Shown piece by piece: positions 57,966 to 64,000 of a DNA stretch of 64,000 nucleotides. The DNA is from a virus (Duplodnaviria; Caudoviricetes). The translations under genes were made by a program, and so were the position numbers. The notes under the pieces are model-generated. The model did not search any database, was not told the DNA's origin, and was given only the letters and a program-made list of their open reading frames with translations. Each line of letters begins with the position of its first letter. Position 1 is the stretch's first letter. The stretch is from IMG/VR virus record IMGVR_UViG_3300025066_000007. The stretch is one strand, 5' to 3'.

Positions 57966-60188
57966 TTACATAACTCCCTCTGGGGGCATTCCCATATCGG
58001 GCGCTTCTCCACCCATTCCCTCCATGCCTTCCATTCCTCCTGCATCTTCTACACCGGGAAGACCGCCCTCTGCTCCGCCAGCAGTCTCTGTTCCAGGCGG
58101 CTCAGTGATTGACTTAGAGGGATCAAGACTCTGCAGCTCTGCAAGCTTCATGCCTCCAAGGACTTGCTGCTCTTTTGCAAAGATTTGATTATCGATCATT
58201 TCTTCTCGAATTCTTCTACGCTCCTCTTCATAGCTAAGGCCAAGACTTCTGTGCAGAGTCTGCAGTGAAACTTGCTGGTTTCCAACAAACTGTCCAACAG
58301 AAGTTATAAAGTCGGCCATATCGTAAAGATTCATGTGGTTAAAGTCAATTGACGGAACAAGAAGTCTCTTCTCCCCATCTTTGTATTCAAAGAAGTCTTG
58401 TATCTCACAGATTGGGGCGAAGACCTTTCTCTCAAGCCACTTCTTAATCATATTTCTGAAAATATCATATCTCTGACGCAAAACTTCTAGACCGACAGAC
58501 GATGACGCGTATGTGTTTCCATGTATAGCAACCTTGCCATTATGTCTGGTTACAAATACGTGATTAGGAACTTCAACGCAGAATACTCTTTCTTCGTTAA
58601 CCCAATTAATAGTTACATCACTAGGACGAACCATTGCTGTAACAAATTTGGAATCAGGATCAGTAGGTGTTAGGTTATCAATTGTTGTCATAAAGAGAAC
58701 ATTGTTTTCATGATTAATATCGAACTTCTCGTCAGAATTAATCTCGTCAATATCAAAGACCTCCAGAGCACGACTCTTCTGATAAGTTGCTCCCCCATCT
58801 TTAGAGAGATACATTTCGTGAAAATCAGTTACTTCAACATCAACATTCTGATTCTTAAATGCATACATCATTCCTGTAAACTTAAAGTCTTTATAAAATG
58901 TTGGCCTATGAAACTCCAAAGCCTGTGTTTCGGGATTTACTGTAGCGATTTTATCGTCTTCTTTTAGATCATCAAAGAACTTCCACCCACTAGACTCCGT
59001 TAAGATCTCATTATCAGAAACCTTAAGGCAGGAGCTTTCCTGATCCATTAATGCCTTTGGAGTCATGAGGCCTGCGTAAATGTTTGTAACGATATGCTCA
59101 ATATCAGTTCCGATATCTAGGGTCGAGCCAGAGAAGCCAGAGCGTTCGATCTTAACGCCATTGTGGGTTACAATCTTGAAGTCTTTATCATATTGAGCTT
59201 CTTCCAAAAGATTCTTAAAGGCCTCAATGTCAGATTGGGTTGGACGATAGTCGCCTTCTCCTCCAAGGGTAACCAGAGTCAGGGGGTTTATCATTCCGTC
59301 TGCTTGTGCAAACTTTGATTCCCTAAGCCGATCATAGAGCATCAGGTCTTTATATATAGAGACGATAACGGATGTGCCTCGGATATCATACGGAGAACTC
59401 AATAGCTTTAGGTGAGAAACGTTAAATTCATCAAGAGGAATGTTTTGACCACGACGAACATAGTTCAAGATATGCTTGGGTATGAATTTTCGCATAGACA
59501 AGTCGGCAGGAGAGGTTGAGTTTACCAGTCGCTGAAGAGTTGCGTCAGGTCTCAAGGAGACTATTGTATTGTTTCCAATAACTGTCTTCTTAACATGGAC
59601 GTAATCAGGGTTTAAGATTGTGATTCGCTTCCAGATTCCCGCCTGCTCATCTAGCTCTGCATAGGGAAATGCTTCGCCCAATTTCCAGAACTCCAATGCT
59701 GCTCCGTAAACAATTGAGTATAAATCAATCTTTTCTGCCATCTCCATGAAGAACTGTTGAACTTTTTTGTTTTTACATGTGATATTAATCTTGCTTATAG
59801 GATATGATGCGTGAAGATTTATTGCGTTTCTAACGAGAGGATGCGTGTCGTAAAAAACGCGATTCCAGGCGTTCATCGTCACCCGATCTCTTGGGAGATT
59901 CAGGTTTGCAAGCTGGAATAGAGGAGAATATATCTCTGGGGACATTCTATCGGAAGTGGACGAAACTGTGGGCCCCGGCATAGGAGAGGATATTGATCCA
60001 CTCTTTATTAGATTTAAACTCTTCTTTCTAAAATTAGAGCTGTGAGCTATAGCTCCAATCGGAGACTGATTCTCATCTCTGTCCATCTGCTTATTTGCTG
60101 CGTCTGAGATCTGAGCACGACGCACTTCAGAAATAGACTCTGCAGTCTTTTTCGTCAGAGGAGTAGGGGGCTTACCTGTTCTTCTCAT
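57966..60188 (-). CDS. Portal protein containing a mini-intein
   Basis: Adjacent to the terminase gene. 'FYDTHPLVRNAINLHASYP...EFWKLGEAF...ITILNPDYV...SHLKLLSSPYDIRGTSVI' is a portal-like pattern. It has an acidic Gly/Met/Pro tail. Confidence 0.82.
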   Translation of the reverse strand: MRRTGKPPTPLTKKTAESISEVRRAQISDAANKQMDRDENQSPIGAIAHSSNFRKKSLNLIKSGSISSPMPGPTVSSTSDRMSPEIYSPLFQLANLNLPRDRVTMNAWNRVFYDTHPLVRNAINLHASYPISKINITCKNKKVQQFFMEMAEKIDLYSIVYGAALEFWKLGEAFPYAELDEQAGIWKRITILNPDYVHVKKTVIGNNTIVSLRPDATLQRLVNSTSPADLSMRKFIPKHILNYVRRGQNIPLDEFNVSHLKLLSSPYDIRGTSVIVSIYKDLMLYDRLRESKFAQADGMINPLTLVTLGGEGDYRPTQSDIEAFKNLLEEAQYDKDFKIVTHNGVKIERSGFSGSTLDIGTDIEHIVTNIYAGLMTPKALMDQESSCLKVSDNEILTESSGWKFFDDLKEDDKIATVNPETQALEFHRPTFYKDFKFTGMMYAFKNQNVDVEVTDFHEMYLSKDGGATYQKSRALEVFDIDEINSDEKFDINHENNVLFMTTIDNLTPTDPDSKFVTAMVRPSDVTINWVNEERVFCVEVPNHVFVTRHNGKVAIHGNTYASSSVGLEVLRQRYDIFRNMIKKWLERKVFAPICEIQDFFEYKDGEKRLLVPSIDFNHMNLYDMADFITSVGQFVGNQQVSLQTLHRSLGLSYEEERRRIREEMIDNQIFAKEQQVLGGMKLAELQSLDPSKSITEPPGTETAGGAEGGLPGVEDAGGMEGMEGMGGEAPDMGMPPEGVM
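58515..59030 (-). mobile_element. Mini-intein (172 aa, no endonuclease) in the portal gene
   Basis: N-junction ESS/CLKVSDNEILT, block B VEVTDFHEMY, C-end RVFCVEVPNHVFVTRHNGKVAIHGN/T with Thr at +1. Confidence 0.9.
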
Positions 60189-60190
60189 CT

Positions 60191-63040
60191 TTAAATTCTC
60201 CTCTTAATATTCGCGATTACAGGCCTTGGATATTCGAGTCTTTTATCTAGCCCAGGCCTCATAGAGAACCCCTTGGTTAGGTCGAATTTATACGCCATAT
60301 AGGCGTATATTAGCGCCATAAATCCATCATTTGGCGAGTTTCCCTTGACGTAAGTCTTTATGGGCTGACCTCCGGATGTCCTTATTTTGGTCTCCATAGA
60401 TGTGCAGTGATCAATGAGCCACTCCATGTGCTCATAGCTCTTCCATGGAAATCTAACCTTTCCCTTTCTAAACAGCTCAATTAATTCGTCAATTAATAAA
60501 TCTTTATTATAAGAAATAATTAGCTCATCCTCTCTATATTTTACTGGTTTGGCCAAGCTTCCACTTCCTTGAGCTCCAAGAAACCTATCTCCGTATACTA
60601 ATTGAAGATCCGAAACAACGTCTTGTCCAAAGAACCAGTCTGATACGCCTCTCGTTACACCAAACCTTCGATACATCTCTTTTATAGTATCTTTTTTAAA
60701 ATCAAATGTATTCTTCTTTAACTTATGGGCGTGTTCTATAGATAAGATCCCATCTGGACTTGCAGACAGAACGACTACACAAGAGAAGGACTGCCCTCCT
60801 CTTGAATTAGGATCGTCATCTTTTCCACCCCAGTCAGAACCAAGATAAACAGTTTTTTCCTTTGAGCTAATAGATTTTGCAAAATATCTATCCGGATCCC
60901 TGCATAAGTTATAAACTTCTGCCTTAGTAAGGGGGGAGCCTGCGCCAGAGTAAAACTCTCCAATAACTTCATTTTTCCAGATTCGCTCTGTTTGGGCAGG
61001 ATTATTTTCCGGCATTAACTTTTCTATATTTTCTTTTGTAAAATATGGAATATAAAGCTGATTGATGTGAAATCCAACGAAGTCGGATTCCTCAAAAGGC
61101 CTTGTTGACACCCACTTTCCAAGTTCTATAGCTTCTATTTTCTTCTGTTTTGTTCCGCAAAGAGGGCATTGAACTATGTTTTCATATAACCAAATTGACT
61201 GCCACCGATTATCATCTGGAAGATAAAAGGGATAAGTCTTCTTGCAATTAATGCACCCAAGATGGTAATAGCGCTGATCTGAAGTTCCCCATATTGTTGC
61301 GAAGTGACTGTTCTTGCTCTTAGGGGTTCCAAAATAAACCTGCACCCCCTGACCAACAGGGCCGTATTTTGCGGCAGTTAAAATCTTTGTTGCATTGCCG
61401 ATTGCATGCGGCAACATCTCTTGGCAATTATGAACGATAGGACCTCCGGTTCCGCTTGAGCCTTTTCTTGACGACAAAATAAAATTGTGATTATCTTCTA
61501 CCTCAATATCGTAAACGACCTCTTTCTTCTCAACGGGAGTTACATTATTGACAATTGTCCATGAGTATTCCTTAAAATCTTGGTTCCAGCTATAAGTTTC
61601 TCCGGCAAATGGCTTTAGCAGCTTATGTGACATAGATGGATGCACATATGGAGAGATTAATTCGGATAAGCTTTTGAATCCGTCCTTGTTAATGAGGACG
61701 TAAAAATAATGTTTATTTCGCTGCTTTGAAAAGTATTTTGAATAGTGACACTTTATTCCCATAGAATTAAGCTTCTTAACGATTCTTTTTTGAGAATCCT
61801 CATCAAATGAAGAGGTGTGCAACGTTCCGGCTGCAGAGCTCTTCCACCTTGCGTTTACAGATCCGTCATCCATAAACCAAATAGCCAGACCTCTCTCATC
61901 TAGCTCGTCTAGCACTTCTTGTGGACAAGTAGACTTTGTCTTTGGGAGATCAAGGTTCATACAAAACATTTTTGAGGAAAATCTTATCGCAGGCTTTTGG
62001 CTAAATCCATTTTTTTCAATTCTAGTTACATTCGCATTAATTATTTTTGACTTCCATTTGCAATACTCTTCCTGGGCCTCTCCGTGATTTACCATAAGTC
62101 TATGGCCTTTGTCACAAGTCCGATCAAGATGGCCATCTCCAAGAAAAGATCCAAGAACTAGCTGCCTCTGATCATCATTTAGAGCTCTGGAGCGCTGAGC
62201 TCCTTCTTTGCGTGATTTGAGCAGATCTCCGGACAAAAGTTCTTCTGCAGGAACCCATCCTCGACTCGTAAGGAATCTGTGGTTTCCAGTGCATTTTATT
62301 CGCCACTTTCCAGCTGTAATTTTAACTAAGCCCTTGGAGCCTCTGTTCCAAGCTTTTTTTATCTTCTTATATTCGAACTTTTCTATAGATTCGTTGAATG
62401 TTCTGGCCATCGGAAGCTCTTCTCCGGCCTCAAATCGCCTAAATAGCTCTCCTATCTTAACCTTTCCATCAGATGTCTCTATATGCTGATCGTAAGGAAA
62501 GCACTCATCGAAAATGCCAACATCAACGGTCATGCCACGAATTCTGTCTCCGTCTGTTCCAAGGCTGTCTATCCAGAGGGTTCCGGTATTAAACTGCTTC
62601 ATCGTAAGGTTGTCGACGGAGTTTGGAGTATTTAGCTTGTTTTTGGTTATGAAGTCATCTTTTGCGGTTCGAATAAGATTCTCTAACTTATCCTGAGAAA
62701 ACTTCTTCACCTGCCCTAAAGCTGGAAATAGGTGAATCACTCGAATATTCGGATCTGTGAACAGACCACTGTTGGTAAAGAACAGGTCAAGTGCTCCGGC
62801 CATCATAGTGGCGCCAACCTGTCGACCTTTCTTTATTACAACCGGCTTCCCATCGGGCCTTGTTGCTTGAAGTGCGATATAACGATAGATATCGGACATG
62901 AATTTCCAGCCGTTATCTAAAACGTTAAATTCAGCTCCATCTAAAGTTAGGTTATTCTTAGTAAAGTGCGCAGGATCGAAATCGAGAAAATTTGATTTTA
63001 ACTGTTCAAATAAATCTTTTTCGCTCTTTTTTGGTGCCAT
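60191..63040 (-). CDS. terL: Terminase large subunit (lambda gpA-like) with intein
   Basis: Walker A region 'VVIKKGRQVGAT', Walker B 'VDVGIFDE', 'VQVYFGTPK', Cys cluster 'CINC...CPLCG' and 'GFHINQL'. The C-terminal nuclease region has 'GSDWG' and 'PNDGFMA'. Confidence 0.9.
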   Translation of the reverse strand: MAPKKSEKDLFEQLKSNFLDFDPAHFTKNNLTLDGAEFNVLDNGWKFMSDIYRYIALQATRPDGKPVVIKKGRQVGATMMAGALDLFFTNSGLFTDPNIRVIHLFPALGQVKKFSQDKLENLIRTAKDDFITKNKLNTPNSVDNLTMKQFNTGTLWIDSLGTDGDRIRGMTVDVGIFDECFPYDQHIETSDGKVKIGELFRRFEAGEELPMARTFNESIEKFEYKKIKKAWNRGSKGLVKITAGKWRIKCTGNHRFLTSRGWVPAEELLSGDLLKSRKEGAQRSRALNDDQRQLVLGSFLGDGHLDRTCDKGHRLMVNHGEAQEEYCKWKSKIINANVTRIEKNGFSQKPAIRFSSKMFCMNLDLPKTKSTCPQEVLDELDERGLAIWFMDDGSVNARWKSSAAGTLHTSSFDEDSQKRIVKKLNSMGIKCHYSKYFSKQRNKHYFYVLINKDGFKSLSELISPYVHPSMSHKLLKPFAGETYSWNQDFKEYSWTIVNNVTPVEKKEVVYDIEVEDNHNFILSSRKGSSGTGGPIVHNCQEMLPHAIGNATKILTAAKYGPVGQGVQVYFGTPKSKNSHFATIWGTSDQRYYHLGCINCKKTYPFYLPDDNRWQSIWLYENIVQCPLCGTKQKKIEAIELGKWVSTRPFEESDFVGFHINQLYIPYFTKENIEKLMPENNPAQTERIWKNEVIGEFYSGAGSPLTKAEVYNLCRDPDRYFAKSISSKEKTVYLGSDWGGKDDDPNSRGGQSFSCVVVLSASPDGILSIEHAHKLKKNTFDFKKDTIKEMYRRFGVTRGVSDWFFGQDVVSDLQLVYGDRFLGAQGSGSLAKPVKYREDELIISYNKDLLIDELIELFRKGKVRFPWKSYEHMEWLIDHCTSMETKIRTSGGQPIKTYVKGNSPNDGFMALIYAYMAYKFDLTKGFSMRPGLDKRLEYPRPVIANIKRRI
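61427..62503 (-). mobile_element. Intein (359 aa) with LAGLIDADG homing endonuclease in terL
   Basis: FDE/CFPYDQHIET ... 'LVLGSFLGDG' and 'GLAIWFMDDGS' LAGLIDADG-type helices ... VYDIEVEDNHNF...PIVHN/C. Confidence 0.93.
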
Positions 63041-63637
63041 TTATCCAGTCTGTGCGTGTTGCATGTAGTCGGCTATTTCATTAGCTATGTCATGCTCATC
63101 GCTTTCTCTATGAGAGAGTTCTTCCGGAATATATTTTACTTCCTCTACGTCTTTTTCTCCCACTAGTTTTTCAATTAAAGCTTTAAGCTTCTTCTCGTCT
63201 ATCAGACGGGCGACTCCTGCATATCCCAGAGAGGGATGCTGTCGGCAAATTGTGAGCGCCGCGAGCGCTCCAAGTTCAGGCCGATCTGCCAAGAGATCCT
63301 TTATATAATTGACAATCATTCTTAAGGATCTAAAGAGTTCCGGGTTACATTCTCTACACTTCTTGCCGCTACAAGAGCAGGCATCAATCTCAGTTGCGTT
63401 GGCGATCTTTTCCGTCTTTGAGCTATCAATATCTTTTATGAGATCGAATCCAGCTCGGGTTCTTATATCTGCCATCTTCTCTTCGATGCTTGAAAAGTCA
63501 TTTCTCTTTTTCATGATCGTTTTGAGGTTGGCTAAATAGTCAGCGCTTTTCTCAATATTTTTAGAGAAATCATCTATCCAGTCAGCCTTAGAGCTTGAGC
63601 TATAATCTTCAGTTAAATTTTGTCGCTTTATCTTCAT
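63041..63637 (-). CDS. Hypothetical protein
   Basis: 198 aa, abutting the terL start. Small Cys cluster 'CSCSGKKCRECN'. Confidence 0.7.
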   Translation of the reverse strand: MKIKRQNLTEDYSSSSKADWIDDFSKNIEKSADYLANLKTIMKKRNDFSSIEEKMADIRTRAGFDLIKDIDSSKTEKIANATEIDACSCSGKKCRECNPELFRSLRMIVNYIKDLLADRPELGALAALTICRQHPSLGYAGVARLIDEKKLKALIEKLVGEKDVEEVKYIPEELSHRESDEHDIANEIADYMQHAQTG

Positions 63638-63652
63638 TGTATATCCGATTGA

Positions 63653-64000
63653 TTATGCGAAATAATTCTTCATAAAATCTACGTTTTTTCCGTCATCTCC
63701 TTCCTGAAAAAAAGACCCTCTATCCTTGAAAATATGGAATCCACTGTCGGCAAGAATCTGCATTATAGAAAGCTCTTCACGGTCAGTTAGGTCATACTTT
63801 TTTGACAGAGTTTCATATACCTCTTCCATTGGATGGCCTGCAGAAACGTGAGCGTTTATCATCATTCCTGAAATAGCCCTTTCGAAAGGGGTTATAGATA
63901 TAACTATGTTCGAAGGAGTTCCTGCTTCCTTTACTAGATCTCCATAGGCAACACTTTCGCCAGATGCAGCAGCCCAAGCCGGAGGTATCTTTACAGAGGC
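63653..64000 (-). CDS. Hypothetical protein, 3' part; runs off the right end
   Basis: The frame of the 70-aa track ORF stays open to 64000 (ASVKIPPAWAAASGESVAYGDLVKEAGTPSN...MMINAHV...). Confidence 0.75.
   Translation of the reverse strand, partial: ASVKIPPAWAAASGESVAYGDLVKEAGTPSNIVISITPFERAISGMMINAHVSAGHPMEEVYETLSKKYDLTDREELSIMQILADSGFHIFKDRGSFFQEGDDGKNVDFMKNYFA

Noticed and set aside
63041-63637. Terminase small subunit, by position
   Set aside because: No recognisable HTH or oligomerisation pattern. It carries K-x-A motifs like the internal head proteins, so it was left as hypothetical.
1-64000. Alternative genetic code (stop-codon reassignment), which is common in some jumbo phages
   Set aside because: Long genes are intact and densely packed in code 11, and TAA, TAG and TGA all terminate genes at sensible positions.

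Overview
The window is the virion-morphogenesis module of a large (jumbo-type) contractile-tailed dsDNA phage, read in standard code 11. Nearly all real genes are on the minus strand. From right to left they are: terminase large subunit with a full-length LAGLIDADG intein, portal with a mini-intein, several head-associated hypothetical proteins, prohead protease fused to a scaffold, two paralogous decoration proteins, major capsid protein, a double-HNH endonuclease, a J-domain/fibre fusion, neck proteins, an island of unrelated accessory proteins, a head-closure protein, a membrane/lysis cassette, two paralogous giant fibre proteins, tail completion protein, sheath, tube, tail chaperones joined by a -1 frameshift signal, tape measure and baseplate genes. 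CDSs run off both ends. No tRNA, rRNA or CRISPR array was seen. The most interesting signals come from comparing proteins across genes. (1) A ~20-aa tag is shared at the N- or C-termini of unrelated proteins and is a candidate capsid-targeting signal. (2) A pervasive hydrophobic-x-K-x-[A/S] motif in head-region proteins is a candidate prohead-protease site. (3) A recurrent intergenic CTACTAAT octamer is a candidate late promoter. Together these suggest a tag-and-process system for loading cargo proteins into the head. All family assignments come from motif recognition by eye; no database searches were run.
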